Shown: positions 27,524 to 38,397, counted from the first letter of the stretch. The stretch is 64,000 bases of DNA from Burkholderiaceae bacterium (GCA_030654805.1 JAURWR010000127.1:26944-90943), one strand, 5' to 3'. Numbers and translations: made by a program. The notes: a model not told the origin generated them from the sequence alone.

Positions 27524-28258
27524 ATGAACGCTGCCACCCCAGCCCGTGCCGACCGCGTGGTCGTCGTCGACGACGACGCCCGCATTCGCGACCTGCTGCG
27601 CCGCTACCTCACGCAAGAAGGCTTCGAAGTCCTGCTGGCCGAAGACGCCAAGGCGCTGAACCGGGTGCTGACCCGCGAGACCATCGATCTGATCGTGCTC
27701 GACCTGATGCTGCCCGGCGAAGACGGCCTGTCGATCTGCCGCCGGCTGCGCGCGGCCAACGACCTGACGCCCATCATCATGTTGACCGCCAAGGTCGAGG
27801 ATGTCGACCGCATCGTCGGCCTGGAGGTCGGCGCCGACGACTACCTGCCCAAGCCGTTCAACCCGCGCGAGCTGCTCGCGCGCATTCATGCCGTGCTGCG
27901 TCGACGCCCGTCACTCGAAGCGCCCGGCGCACCGGCCAAGGAAGCGCTGACCGTGACCTTCGGCCCGTTCGAGTTCGACCTGGCGCTGCGCCGCCTGTCG
28001 AAGGAAGGCGAGCAGATGGCGCTGACCACCGGCGAGTTCTCGATGCTGAAGGCGCTGGTGCGCCACCCGCGTCAGCCGCTGTCGCGCGACAAGCTGGCGC
28101 AACTGGCGCGCGGCCGCGAGTTCGAGCCTTTCGACCGCAGCCTCGACGTGCAGATCTCTCGCCTGCGCAAGATGATCGAACCGGATCCGGCACAGCCCCG
28201 CTACATCCAGACGGTGTGGGGCGTGGGCTACGTCTTCGTACCCGATGAGGCGACGTGA
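27524..28258 (+). CDS. ompR: two-component response regulator OmpR
   Basis: ATG at 27524 inside track ORF 27158..28258. Receiver VVVDDD...LIVLDLMLPGEDG...DDYLPKPF and winged helix YIQTVWGVGYVFVP. Confidence 0.95.
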   Translation: MNAATPARADRVVVVDDDARIRDLLRRYLTQEGFEVLLAEDAKALNRVLTRETIDLIVLDLMLPGEDGLSICRRLRAANDLTPIIMLTAKVEDVDRIVGLEVGADDYLPKPFNPRELLARIHAVLRRRPSLEAPGAPAKEALTVTFGPFEFDLALRRLSKEGEQMALTTGEFSMLKALVRHPRQPLSRDKLAQLARGREFEPFDRSLDVQISRLRKMIEPDPAQPRYIQTVWGVGYVFVPDEAT

Positions 28259-28356
28259 CGCCACTTTCTGTTGAGCCGCGCCTGCCCGGGATTGGCAGGC
28301 GCGGCCCTCTGCGCGTCGCTCGCATGCGACCCTGAGCGCCGCTTCCGGCTTTCCCC

Positions 28357-29685
28357 ATGTCTCGCAAACACCTCGAACTCAGCCTGTTCTGGCGCACTTT
28401 CGTGCTGCTGGCGCTGCTGCTTGCCGGTGGGGTGTTCGCCTGGACACAGACCTTTCGTGCGCTGGAGTTCGAGCCGCGCGCCGTGCAGGCAGCGCAGCAG
28501 ATCGCGAGTCTGGTGAATCTGGCCCGGGCGGCGTTGAGCGGTCCCGACGGCATCCAGCGACTGACCCTGATCAAGAGCGTGCCCGGCGACGGCGCGGTGA
28601 GGCTCGCACCGCGGGAGCCGGGCGACCGATGGAAGCCGTATGAAGTCGATCGCTTTTCGCGTGCGATCGGCGCCGAGTTGCGCTCTCGGCTGGGCGGAGA
28701 CACATTGGTGGCGAGCGAGGTCAACGGTGCCCCCGGCCTGTGGGTCGGTTTCCTGATCGACCACGATCACTACTGGTTGCAGGCCGATCCGACTCGCTTG
28801 GGACCGATGGCCACCAGCACGCTGCTGATCTGGGGCGGCATCGCGTTCATCGCCACCGTGCTCGGTTCGGTGGTGATCGCGCGCGCCATCAACAAGCCGC
28901 TGGCCGACCTGTCGTTTGCCGCCAGCCGGATCCGCGAAGGCGAGTTCGATTCAAGGCTCGACGAGACCACGCTGACCAGCGAGATCCGCCAGGTCAACAT
29001 GGGTTTCAACCGCATGGCACGCGAACTCGCCAAGCTCGAGGAGGACCGCGCGGTGATGCTGGCCGGCATCTCGCACGACCTGCGCACGCCACTGGCGCGC
29101 CTGCGGCTCGAAACCGAGATGAGCGTGCAGGACGAGGAAGCCAAAGCCAACATGGCGCTCGACATCGACCAGCTCGACGCGATCATCGACAAGTTCATGG
29201 ACTACTCGCGGCCGGGCGAGGTGCGCCTGCTGCCGGTGCACCTGAGCGGCGTGGTCGACCGGGAGATCGCATCGTTCCGCGACCCGAGCAGCATCCAGAT
29301 CACCTCGCGCGTGGCGATCGACACCCAGGTGCTGGCCGACGACACCGAACTCGGTCGCGTGCTGCAAAACCTGTTCGAGAACGCGCGCCGCTATGGCCGC
29401 AGCGCCGACACCGGCATCGCGTGCGTCGAGGTCAGTTATGCGCGCGAGGGTCCCTGGGTGTCGCTGAGCATCCGCGACCACGGACCGGGAGTCGACATCA
29501 AGAAGCTGCCGCAGCTGACCACGCCGTTCTTTCGCGGCGATGCGGCGCGCACGGCGGCGACCGGTGCGGGTCTGGGACTGGCCATCGTCGAGAAGGCGTT
29601 GCAGCGCATGGGCGGCACGCTCGAATTGGCCAACGCCTCTCAAGGTGGCCTGGTTGCGCGCATCCGGTTGAAGCGGGCGATCTGA
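28357..29685 (+). CDS. envZ: osmolarity-type sensor histidine kinase (EnvZ-like)
   Basis: Two TM segments, HAMP, H-box GISHDLRTPLARLRL, N-box LFENARRYG, G-boxes DHGPGV and GAGLGLAIV. Confidence 0.9.
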   Translation: MSRKHLELSLFWRTFVLLALLLAGGVFAWTQTFRALEFEPRAVQAAQQIASLVNLARAALSGPDGIQRLTLIKSVPGDGAVRLAPREPGDRWKPYEVDRFSRAIGAELRSRLGGDTLVASEVNGAPGLWVGFLIDHDHYWLQADPTRLGPMATSTLLIWGGIAFIATVLGSVVIARAINKPLADLSFAASRIREGEFDSRLDETTLTSEIRQVNMGFNRMARELAKLEEDRAVMLAGISHDLRTPLARLRLETEMSVQDEEAKANMALDIDQLDAIIDKFMDYSRPGEVRLLPVHLSGVVDREIASFRDPSSIQITSRVAIDTQVLADDTELGRVLQNLFENARRYGRSADTGIACVEVSYAREGPWVSLSIRDHGPGVDIKKLPQLTTPFFRGDAARTAATGAGLGLAIVEKALQRMGGTLELANASQGGLVARIRLKRAI

Positions 29686-29697
29686 TGTGCGGCACGC

Positions 29698-30195
29698 TCA
29701 GCGGTGCAGCAGGCAGACCGCCCGAGTCTCGATCGATTCACCGCGTCCGACCGGACCCATGCCCTCAGCGGTCTTGGCCTTGATGTTGATCTGATCGAGT
29801 TCAAGCGCCAGCGCCTGCGCGAGTCGCAACCGCATGCCGAGGATGTGCGGCGCCATCTTCGGTGCCTGCGCCACGATCGTGCTGTCGATGTTGCCGATCT
29901 TCCAGCCGGCCGCGCGCACACGACGCGCCGCCTCGGCCAGCAGCGCAACCGAATCGGCGCCGCGGAACTGCTCGTCGGTGTCGGGAAAGTGCTTGCCGAT
30001 GTCGCCCATCCCGATCGCGCCGAACAGCGCATCGATGATCGCGTGCGTCAGCGCGTCGGCGTCCGAGTGGCCCAGAAGACCGTGGGTGTGCGGAATGAGC
30101 ACGCCGCCGAGGATCAAGGCCCGGCCTGCCACCAGTGCGTGCGTGTCCCAGCCTTCGCCGATGCGAAGGCTCTGGAATGAAGTCGGATTGGCCAT
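29698..30195 (-). CDS. ispF: 2-C-methyl-D-erythritol 2,4-cyclodiphosphate synthase
   Basis: [11 protein letters not shown]...[12 protein letters not shown]...HFPDTD motifs. Confidence 0.95.
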   Translation of the reverse strand: MANPTSFQSLRIGEGWDTHALVAGRALILGGVLIPHTHGLLGHSDADALTHAIIDALFGAIGMGDIGKHFPDTDEQFRGADSVALLAEAARRVRAAGWKIGNIDSTIVAQAPKMAPHILGMRLRLAQALALELDQINIKAKTAEGMGPVGRGESIETRAVCLLHR

Positions 30196-30216
30196 CGCTC
30201 GTCTTTCCAGATCGGG

Positions 30217-30942
30217 TCAGCGGGTTCGCAACAGGCGCTCGGCCAGTTCGAAGTCGGGGGGGAATGTCACCTTGAAATTCTCGAGATGGCCGCGCACCAG
30301 ACGCGGGGCACGGCCCGTGGCTTCGATCGCGCTGGCCTCGTCGGTGACGGAGATGCCGCGCTCTGCCGCTGTGGCGAGCGCATCACGCAACATGCCGAGG
30401 CGGAACATCTGCGGCGTCTGCGCCTGCCACATCCGGGCGCGGTCGACGGTGGCACTCACACGCGCGGCCTCTTCACGCTTCAGCGTATCGGCCACCGGCA
30501 GCGCGAGCAGGCCGCCTACATCGTCTTCAAGGCAGTCATCGATCAGCGCATCGACCCATTCGGGGCGGATCAGGCAGCGTGCCGCGTCGTGCACCAGAAC
30601 CCAGTCGGAGGCGCTCGCACCGCGATCGATCAGTTCCTGCAGCCCGGTAGCCACGGTGTCGGCCCGGGTCGCCCCGCCGCAACGCGCGACCCAACCGGAA
30701 AATCCGGCGGCGCGATCCTCGAACAACGCATCGATCGGGCTGAGCACCACCAGCACGCGATGCAGCCGGGAGACCTGGATCAAGGCGGTCAGCGTGTGAC
30801 CGACCACCGTGCTGCCTGCCAGTGCTTCGTACTGCTTCGGGCCCGCAGTGCCGGCCCGCTCGCCGAATCCGGCGCAAGGTACCAGCGCGTACAGACGAGG
30901 CGTCGTTCGGGGCGGTTCGGTGGGGGTTTCGGCGTGAGGCAT
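30217..30942 (-). CDS. ispD: 2-C-methyl-D-erythritol 4-phosphate cytidylyltransferase
   Basis: ALVPCAGFGERAG...PKQY and VLVHDAARC motifs. Sits upstream of ispF. Confidence 0.95.
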   Translation of the reverse strand: MPHAETPTEPPRTTPRLYALVPCAGFGERAGTAGPKQYEALAGSTVVGHTLTALIQVSRLHRVLVVLSPIDALFEDRAAGFSGWVARCGGATRADTVATGLQELIDRGASASDWVLVHDAARCLIRPEWVDALIDDCLEDDVGGLLALPVADTLKREEAARVSATVDRARMWQAQTPQMFRLGMLRDALATAAERGISVTDEASAIEATGRAPRLVRGHLENFKVTFPPDFELAERLLRTR

Positions 30943-31024
30943 GGGGGGCGAGAAGCAGCGTGAATTCTATAATTCGGGCCTGCATCGCCCCGTGGGTATC
31001 CGCTCCCGGGGCGCTTTGCTTTTC

Positions 31025-34000
31025 ATGATGCAGACACCCTCGATCGCACCCGGCAAACGCCACACCCTGCCCCGCCCTCTCGGGTCCGCCGATTCGCTGC
31101 TGCTGGCGCGACATGCACAGGCGCAAGCCGCGCAGAAGCGCCTGACCGCCATCGTCACCGCCGAGCCCGCCGACACGCAGCGCCTCGAAGGCGAACTGGC
31201 GTTCTTCGCGCCCGAGCTGCGCATCGCCGTGTTCCCGGACTGGGAAACGCTGCCGTACGACACCTTCTCGCCGCACCAGGACCTGATCTCGGAGAGGCTG
31301 GCCACGCTGTGGCGCATCCTGCAATCGCACAAGAACGGCGACCTCGACGTGGTGCTGATGCCGGCGTCGACCGCGCTGGTGCGCCTGGCACCGCCGAGCT
31401 TCCTGGCGGCGTACACCTTCCACTTCAAGCAGAAGGAAAAGCTCAACGAGGCGGCGCTGAAGTCGCAGTTGACGCTGGCCGGGTACCAGCATGTCAGCCA
31501 GGTCGTGTCGCCCGGTGAATACGCGGTGCGCGGCGGGTTGATCGACCTGTTCCCGATGGGCTCGCTGGTGCCGTACCGCGTCGACCTGTTCGGCGACGAG
31601 GTCGATTCGATCCGCACCTTCGACCCCGACAGCCAGCGCAGCCTGTACCCGGTGCCCGAGGTGCGGCTGCTGCCGGGCCGCGAGTTCCCGATGGACGAGG
31701 AGGCACGCACCGCGTTCCGCGCCCGCTGGCGCGAACGCGTCGACGGCGACCCGACCAAGGTGCGTCTGTACAAGGACATCGCCACCGGCATCGCGACCGC
31801 CGGCATCGAGTACTACCTGCCACTGTTCTTCGACCAGACATCGACGATCTTCGAGTACCTGAAGTCAGGCACCGACCAAGCGGCCGCGCTGGTGCTGCAC
31901 GGCGAGGTCGACGAAGCGCTGAAACGCTTCTGGACCGACACCCGCGAGCGCCACCGCTTCCTGCAGCACGACCGCGAGCGGCCGATCCTGCCGCCGGAAG
32001 ACCTGTTCCTGAAATCGGATGATTTTTTCACGCTGGCCGGCAGCCATGCGACGCTGAGCCTGCGCGGCCGCAGCAACGAAGGCGCAGCCGACACGCCGTG
32101 GGCGCGACCGCTGCCCGACCTCGGCGTCGACCGCGGCGCGCCCGAGCCGCTGAAGAAACTGCAGGTCCACGTCGGCACGACGAGCCACCGCGTGCTGATC
32201 GTCGCCGAGACGCAGGGCCGCCGCGAGAGCCTGCTCGAACTGCTGCGCGACAGCCGCATCGAGCCGCCGAGCGTAGCGTCGCTGGCCGAGTTCCAGGCCG
32301 GCGACGAGCGTTTCGCGATCGCGGTCGCGCCGCTGGCCGAAGGCTTCTTCTGGACCGAGCCAGACGACCAGGTCGCGATCGAGTTCGTCACCGAAACCGA
32401 ACTGTTCGCCACGTCGCCCACCGCGCGTCGGCGCCGCAAGCAGGAACAGGTCAGCGATGTCAACGCGCTGATCAAGGACCTGTCCGAGCTGAAGGTCGGC
32501 GACCCGGTGGTGCACATCAACCACGGCATCGGACGCTACGTGGGCTTGCGAATCATCGATCTCGGGGATGACGCAAGAGAGGGCGACAGCGAGTTCCTGC
32601 ACCTCGAGTACGCCGACAAGGCGACGCTGTACGTGCCGGTCGCGCAACTGCACCTGATCAGCCGCTACACCGGCGTCAGCGCCGAAGAGGCGCCGCTGCA
32701 CCGCCTGGGCTCGGGCCAGTGGGAAAAGGCCAAGCGCAAGGCCGCCGAGCAGGTGCGCGACACCGCCGCCGAGCTGCTGAACCTGTACGCCCGCCGCGCC
32801 GCACGCGAAGGCTATGCGTTCCGTTTCTCAGCGCACGATTACGAGGCCTTCGCGGCCAGCTTCGGCTTCGAGGAGACACCCGACCAGAAGGCGGCGATCC
32901 ACGCGGTGATCCAGGACATGGTGAGCCCGAAGCCGATGGATCGGCTGGTCTGCGGCGATGTCGGGTTCGGCAAGACCGAGGTCGCGCTTCGCGCGGCATT
33001 CGTCGCGGTCACCGGCGGCAAGCAGGTCGCGATCCTGGCGCCGACCACGCTGCTCGCCGAGCAGCATTTCCAGAACATCTCCGATCGCTTCGGCAAGTGG
33101 CCGATCAAGGTCGCCGAGATGTCGCGCTTCCGCTCGGCCAAGGAGATCAAGCAGGCGCTCGAAGGCCTGGAAGACGGCACGATCGACATCGTCGTCGGCA
33201 CACACAAGCTGCTGAGCCAGAACACCAAGTTCAAGCGCCTCGGCCTGCTGGTGATCGACGAGGAACACCGCTTCGGCGTGCGCCACAAGGAGGCGATGAA
33301 GGCACTGCGCGCCGAGGTCGACGTGCTGACGCTCACCGCGACGCCGATTCCGCGCACGCTGGGCATGGCGCTGGAAGGCCTGCGCGACCTGAGCGTCATC
33401 GCGACCGCGCCGCAGCGGCGGCTGGCCATCAAGACCTTCGTGCGCAGCGAGTCCAGCGGCACGATCCGCGAGGCGGTGCTGCGCGAGCTGAAGCGTGGCG
33501 GGCAGGTGTACTTCCTGCACAACGAGGTCGAGACGATCGAGAACCGGCGCCAGAAGCTGGAAGAACTCGTCCCCGAAGCGCGCATCGCGATCGCCCACGG
33601 CCAGATGCCCGAGCGAGAGCTGGAAAAGGTGATGCGCGATTTCGTTGCGCAACGCCACAACGTGCTGCTGTGCTCGACCATCATCGAGACCGGCATCGAC
33701 GTGCCGAGCGCCAACACCATCGTGATGAGCCGCGCCGACAAGTTCGGCTTGGCGCAATTGCATCAGTTGCGCGGCCGCGTCGGGCGCTCGCACCACCAGG
33801 CCTATGCGTATTTGCTGGTGCCCGATGTCGAAGGACTGACCAAGCAGGCGCAGCAGCGATTGCAGGCCATCCAGGACATGGAGGAGCTCGGTTCCGGCTT
33901 CTACCTCGCGATGCACGACCTGGAAATCCGCGGCGCTGGCGAGGTGCTCGGCGAGAACCAGAGCGGCAACATGATGGAGGTCGGCTTCCAGCTCTACAAC

Positions 34001-34522
34001 GAGATGCTGGCCGAGGCGGTGCGGTCGTTGAAGGCGGGCAAGGAGCCCGATCTGCTGTCACCACTGAGCGTGACGACCGAGATCAACCTGCACGCCCCAG
34101 CGCTGCTGACCACCGACTACTGCGGCGACGTGCACACCCGCCTGAGCCTGTACAAGCGCCTCGCGTCGGCCAGCAAGAACGAGCAGATCGACGCGATGCT
34201 CGAGGAGATAACCGACCGCTTCGGCAAGCTGCCGCCGCAGGGCCAGACGCTGTTCGACGTGCACCGGCTGCGCGTGCTGGCCAAGCCGTTCGGCGTATCC
34301 AAGATCGACGCCGCGCCCAACCTGATGGTGATCAGCTTCCGCCCGAACCCACCGATCGACGCGATCAAGATCATCGAGCTGGTGCAAAAGAACCGCCACA
34401 TCAAGCTGGCCGGCAACGACAAGCTGCGCATCGAGCGCGCCACGCCCGAAGCCAAGGACCGCGCACAGCTGATCCGCGAGGTGTTGCGGGCACTGGGCAA
34501 GCCGACACCAACGGACGCGTGA
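31025..34522 (+). CDS. mfd: transcription-repair coupling factor Mfd
   Basis: ATG at 31025. UvrB-homology N-terminus, CarD-like region (VGDPVVHINHGIGRY), helicase motifs GDVGFGKTEV, VIDEEHRFGV, LTATPIPRT, LRGRVGRS. Confidence 0.97.
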   Translation: MMQTPSIAPGKRHTLPRPLGSADSLLLARHAQAQAAQKRLTAIVTAEPADTQRLEGELAFFAPELRIAVFPDWETLPYDTFSPHQDLISERLATLWRILQSHKNGDLDVVLMPASTALVRLAPPSFLAAYTFHFKQKEKLNEAALKSQLTLAGYQHVSQVVSPGEYAVRGGLIDLFPMGSLVPYRVDLFGDEVDSIRTFDPDSQRSLYPVPEVRLLPGREFPMDEEARTAFRARWRERVDGDPTKVRLYKDIATGIATAGIEYYLPLFFDQTSTIFEYLKSGTDQAAALVLHGEVDEALKRFWTDTRERHRFLQHDRERPILPPEDLFLKSDDFFTLAGSHATLSLRGRSNEGAADTPWARPLPDLGVDRGAPEPLKKLQVHVGTTSHRVLIVAETQGRRESLLELLRDSRIEPPSVASLAEFQAGDERFAIAVAPLAEGFFWTEPDDQVAIEFVTETELFATSPTARRRRKQEQVSDVNALIKDLSELKVGDPVVHINHGIGRYVGLRIIDLGDDAREGDSEFLHLEYADKATLYVPVAQLHLISRYTGVSAEEAPLHRLGSGQWEKAKRKAAEQVRDTAAELLNLYARRAAREGYAFRFSAHDYEAFAASFGFEETPDQKAAIHAVIQDMVSPKPMDRLVCGDVGFGKTEVALRAAFVAVTGGKQVAILAPTTLLAEQHFQNISDRFGKWPIKVAEMSRFRSAKEIKQALEGLEDGTIDIVVGTHKLLSQNTKFKRLGLLVIDEEHRFGVRHKEAMKALRAEVDVLTLTATPIPRTLGMALEGLRDLSVIATAPQRRLAIKTFVRSESSGTIREAVLRELKRGGQVYFLHNEVETIENRRQKLEELVPEARIAIAHGQMPERELEKVMRDFVAQRHNVLLCSTIIETGIDVPSANTIVMSRADKFGLAQLHQLRGRVGRSHHQAYAYLLVPDVEGLTKQAQQRLQAIQDMEELGSGFYLAMHDLEIRGAGEVLGENQSGNMMEVGFQLYNEMLAEAVRSLKAGKEPDLLSPLSVTTEINLHAPALLTTDYCGDVHTRLSLYKRLASASKNEQIDAMLEEITDRFGKLPPQGQTLFDVHRLRVLAKPFGVSKIDAAPNLMVISFRPNPPIDAIKIIELVQKNRHIKLAGNDKLRIERATPEAKDRAQLIREVLRALGKPTPTDA

Positions 34523-34654
34523 GCCGCTGAGGACCGAAGGTTTCCGCCCCGTTCACGGGTAAACCCGTGAGCAACGGCGACTCAACCTTGGTATGGAGTT
34601 GCCGATACCCCAATTGGGGTTGGTCCATTTACCGACCTTCAAGGCGTGCTGCCC

Positions 34655-35491
34655 ATGAACCCTGAATCACGATTCCTGACGCGACCGTTGCGCGACGTGG
34701 ATGCATGGGTGCGTTTCTTTTGCAACGCCGAAATCCCGGTGCTGGCCTCTACAGCCCAGTGCATCGACGAGATGGCGATCGACGAGGATTCGGCGGACGT
34801 CAACGTGCTGGCGGACACGATCAACGACGATCCGCTGATGACGTTGAGCCTGCTGCGCCACGTGTCCAAGCAGCGCCGCGGCCATCAGGTGTCGGCTCCG
34901 GAGACCGTGCTGGAAGCCTTGGTGCTGATCGGTGTGTGCCCGCTGTTCCGTGCGTTCGCACACTTGCCGACCGTGCAGGACTGGTTGTCGGACTCACCCG
35001 AGGCACTCGACGGACTCAATCACGTGATCGCGCAGGGTTATCGAGCCGCGCGCTTCGCTCAGGGCTTCGCGGCGCACCGGAGCGATCCTGACGCATCGGT
35101 CATCCACGAGGTGGCACTGCTGCATCACGTGGTCGAGATGCTGTTCTGGCTGCACGCACCCGCGTTGGCGCTGGAGATCATCCAGCGCCAGGCGGCGCAG
35201 CCCGGACTGCGCACGATCCAGGCGCAGAAAGAGGTGCTCGGCATCGATTTTCGCGAGCTGCGACTGGCCCTGATGAAGGAATGGAAACTGCCTGAGCTCC
35301 TGGTGCAGCTGGTGGACGACGGGCGGTCCAGCAACGCACAGGTTCAAAGCGTGTTGCTGGCCGTCAGACTGGCACGTCACACGACCCATGGCTGGGATCA
35401 CCCGGCCCTGAATGACGACATACGAGACATCGCCGAGCTTCTTCATCTCGGCATCGAGCCGACACGCCGACTGCTTCCACAGTTGGCCTGA
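34655..35491 (+). CDS. HDOD domain protein
   Basis: ATG at 34655 (the track start at 34646 is GTG). Pattern LADTINDDPLMTLSLLRHV...LIGV...HEVALLH is typical of HDOD. Confidence 0.8.
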   Translation: MNPESRFLTRPLRDVDAWVRFFCNAEIPVLASTAQCIDEMAIDEDSADVNVLADTINDDPLMTLSLLRHVSKQRRGHQVSAPETVLEALVLIGVCPLFRAFAHLPTVQDWLSDSPEALDGLNHVIAQGYRAARFAQGFAAHRSDPDASVIHEVALLHHVVEMLFWLHAPALALEIIQRQAAQPGLRTIQAQKEVLGIDFRELRLALMKEWKLPELLVQLVDDGRSSNAQVQSVLLAVRLARHTTHGWDHPALNDDIRDIAELLHLGIEPTRRLLPQLA

Positions 35492-35620
35492 CGCGAACCG
35501 GCTCCGGCTCCGGCTCCGAAACTGACATCTTTCGGCGCGTCGTTCTCGCCGGCCCCAGGTTCTGGACAATACCCAGATGACCCGATCAGCGGTCACCTCG
35601 CGACTGTCACCTTGCATCCC

Positions 35621-36346
35621 ATGAATCACATCTCTGTTGCTCCCGGCCTGGCCTGCCGCGGTTTCCTGCCCCCCTTGCGCCTGGGCGATTTCAAGTTGAT
35701 CGCGTTCGACATGGACTCGACGCTGATCAATATCGAATGCGTCGACGAGATCGCCGACGCCGCCGGGCGCAAGGCCGAGGTATCGGCGATCACCGAGGCC
35801 GCGATGCGCGGCGAGATCACCGACTACAAGGAAAGTCTGCGCCAGCGCGTCGCGCTGTTGCGCGGCGTCACCGTGGCCCACATGGAGCAGGTCTACACGG
35901 AGCGCTTGCGTTTGAACCCGGGCGCCGAGCGGCTGGTTTCCGCGTGCCAGGCCGCCGGCATGAGGGTGCTGCTGGTATCGGGCGGATTCACCTTTTTCAC
36001 CGACCGCATTTGCGAGTTGCTGGGCATCGAGTTCGCACGATCCAACGTGCTGGAAATCGAATCCGGACCCAACTGCGGCCAGCTCACCGGCCGCATGGTG
36101 GATCAGCCCTGGGGCGACATCTGCGATGGCGCCGAGAAGCGAACGATGCTGCTGCAAACCTGCGCGCAACTCGGAATCGACCCGAAACAGGCCATCGCGA
36201 TGGGGGATGGTGCCAACGACCTGCCCATGATGGGCGAGGCCGGCCTGTCGGTGGCCTATCACGCCAAGCCGCGGGTGCGTGAACAGGCGATGGTCGCCAT
36301 CGACACCGGCGGGCTCGACCGGCTGCTGGAAGTGGTTCGCCCGTGA
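35621..36346 (+). CDS. serB: phosphoserine phosphatase SerB
   Basis: HAD motifs FDMDSTLI, LVSGGF, GDGANDLPM. ATG at 35621 (the track start at 35612 is TTG). Confidence 0.9.
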   Translation: MNHISVAPGLACRGFLPPLRLGDFKLIAFDMDSTLINIECVDEIADAAGRKAEVSAITEAAMRGEITDYKESLRQRVALLRGVTVAHMEQVYTERLRLNPGAERLVSACQAAGMRVLLVSGGFTFFTDRICELLGIEFARSNVLEIESGPNCGQLTGRMVDQPWGDICDGAEKRTMLLQTCAQLGIDPKQAIAMGDGANDLPMMGEAGLSVAYHAKPRVREQAMVAIDTGGLDRLLEVVRP

Positions 36347-36485
36347 CACGCGAGGTGGTCGCGGCCTGGGCCGACGACCGCGTGTTCTCGTCAGGCCGTT
36401 GGCATTTCGAAGGTCACGACGATCTCACTGGACGTTGAACCTGCGACGGTCATTCCACGGTTTCGTGGTGAACGACCTCGTCCGC

Positions 36486-37001
36486 TCAGGGTTGGCTCGG
36501 CAGCACGACAATGCCGTCCTCGTCTGCCACCAGCCATTCACCGGGGCGCACGGTGACGCCCTGGATCAGCAGCACGCCGTCGCGCAGGCCCTGGTTCTTG
36601 CGATCGGTGGGCAGCGGAACCAGCGCGAGGGCACGGATGCCGACATCCGATTCGGCCAGCTCGGCGCTGTCGCGCACGCAGCCGTCGATGACGACGCCGG
36701 CCCAGCCGTTCTTCGCGGCCGACGCAGCGATGTTGCCCCCCACCAGCGCGCGCCGCAGCGAGCCTCCGCCGTCAACCACCAGCACGCGTCCCAGGCCGGG
36801 CTCTTCGAGCGCAGCCTTGACGGCCGTGTTGTCCTCGAAGCACTTGACGGTGCTGATCGGGCCGGCAAAGCGGATGCGCTTGCCGTAGTCCTGGAACACC
36901 GGTGGAAGAACGCGGAACGAGCCGGTGCTGTCGTTCTTGTGCATGTCACACAGATCGCAGGTGCTCGTGCTCGATGGAGTGGGACTGGCAGAAGAGCTCA
37001 T
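36486..37001 (-). CDS. rraA: ribonuclease E activity regulator RraA
   Basis: TCDLCDMHKND...VLPPVFQDYGG...VLVVDGGGSLRRALVGGNIA...GVVIDGCVRD aligns with E. coli RraA by eye. ATG at 37001. Confidence 0.9.
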   Translation of the reverse strand: MSSSASPTPSSTSTCDLCDMHKNDSTGSFRVLPPVFQDYGKRIRFAGPISTVKCFEDNTAVKAALEEPGLGRVLVVDGGGSLRRALVGGNIAASAAKNGWAGVVIDGCVRDSAELAESDVGIRALALVPLPTDRKNQGLRDGVLLIQGVTVRPGEWLVADEDGIVVLPSQP

Positions 37002-37092
37002 GGTGGGCGGTCGTTTGAAGGAAGCCGACACTGTGCCACGCCGATGCGATCGTCGGCAACGGCAGCGGGAGTACGGCGAAGCCCCGAACCGT

Positions 37093-38397
37093 TCAGGTCG
37101 CCCGAGTCGACGCTTGGGCCGCAGGCGTCGAACGCTGACGCTGGATGCCCAGCCCCACGGCTGCGGCGGATGCCACGGCCACCGTCAGCGTCAGCGCCGA
37201 TCCATAGAAGACCCCTGAAGGCCATCCATGGTCGAGCATGGCACCGAACACCGGCGCGCCCAACGCAAAGCCGAGGTCCAGCCCGGAATACACCATGCCG
37301 TAGACACGACCGGTGGCTCCGGGCGGCGCGGCTTGCTTGATCAGCATGTCGCGCGACGGGCCGGCCAAACCCGTTCCGAAGCCGGACACCGCCGTCAGAA
37401 CTGCAGCAGCAACGCCGGGCACCCAGCCGGTACCGACCAGCACCAACATCGCGGCCGACAGCAAGAGGCAGCTTGCAATGATCTTTTCGAGCCGCTCACT
37501 CTGCGCCACGAGAAAACCGCCGATCACGATGCCGACTGCGCCGAACAGCATGTAGCCGGTGACCACCAGCGAGGTCACCGACAACGGCAAACCGACCAAC
37601 TGCTGCAATGCCGGGCTGGAGAAGCTCTGGATCGCGCTCAGCGCCGAAGTCGACCAGAAAAAGAACGAGAAGCACAACCAAACCGAGGGTGAACGCATGA
37701 AGTTCATCGGGTGCTCGGCTGTGGTGCCGGCACCGGCACGCGCGAACCTGCCCGAACTCTGCGACGACACGGCATCGCCTTGCCGATCGTCGATGGCATC
37801 ACGGTTGATCCACAGGACAACCATCACCACCACCGCCCACAGCGAAGCACAGGCGCTGGCCAGCCGCCAAGATCCGAACACAGCCGTCAGTCCGGTCAGA
37901 AACAGCGGGGCAGCAGCCCAGCCCAGGTTGCCCGCGAGGCCGTGGACGCTGAACGCATGCCCGAGTCGGGGCCCGGAGACCCGCCGGTTCAGGATCGTGA
38001 AGTCGGCAGGATGGAACGGACAATTTCCGAGCCCGGCAAGCGCGGCCCCGAGCATCAATCCACCGTACCCTGTGGACAGCGAGACCGTGACGCCGGCCAG
38101 TGCAAAGCAACCCAGCGCAGCGAACAGCACCGGCCGCGCGCCGATGCGGTCAACGACGAAGCCCGCCAGCGCCTGACCGATGCCCGAAATCGCGAAAAAG
38201 AGCGTCAGCAGCAGCCCCAGTTCGGCATAGCTGGACCCGAAGTCGCGGATGAACAGTGGAAACAGTGGCGGCAACAGCAGGTGAAAGAAGTGCGATGTGC
38301 CGTGCGCCAGGCCGACCACCGCGATCGTCCGGGCGTCTTGGCGCATGAGCACAGGGGCACCGGTTTCGGCGGTGGCGGCCGCAGTGGACGAGTTCAT
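37093..38397 (-). CDS. MFS transporter
   Basis: ATG at 38397 (MNSSTAAATAE). About 12 predicted TM helices, GxxxDRxGxR-like FVVDRIGARP. Confidence 0.85.
   Translation of the reverse strand: MNSSTAAATAETGAPVLMRQDARTIAVVGLAHGTSHFFHLLLPPLFPLFIRDFGSSYAELGLLLTLFFAISGIGQALAGFVVDRIGARPVLFAALGCFALAGVTVSLSTGYGGLMLGAALAGLGNCPFHPADFTILNRRVSGPRLGHAFSVHGLAGNLGWAAAPLFLTGLTAVFGSWRLASACASLWAVVVMVVLWINRDAIDDRQGDAVSSQSSGRFARAGAGTTAEHPMNFMRSPSVWLCFSFFFWSTSALSAIQSFSSPALQQLVGLPLSVTSLVVTGYMLFGAVGIVIGGFLVAQSERLEKIIASCLLLSAAMLVLVGTGWVPGVAAAVLTAVSGFGTGLAGPSRDMLIKQAAPPGATGRVYGMVYSGLDLGFALGAPVFGAMLDHGWPSGVFYGSALTLTVAVASAAAVGLGIQRQRSTPAAQASTRAT

Noticed and set aside
35498-35518. Short tandem repeats as CRISPR-like arrays (CCGGCT x3.5 here; also 49447-49480 and 22778-22798)
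   Set aside because: The units are 6-9 bp with no spacers. These are microsatellite-type repeats, and no cas genes are present.
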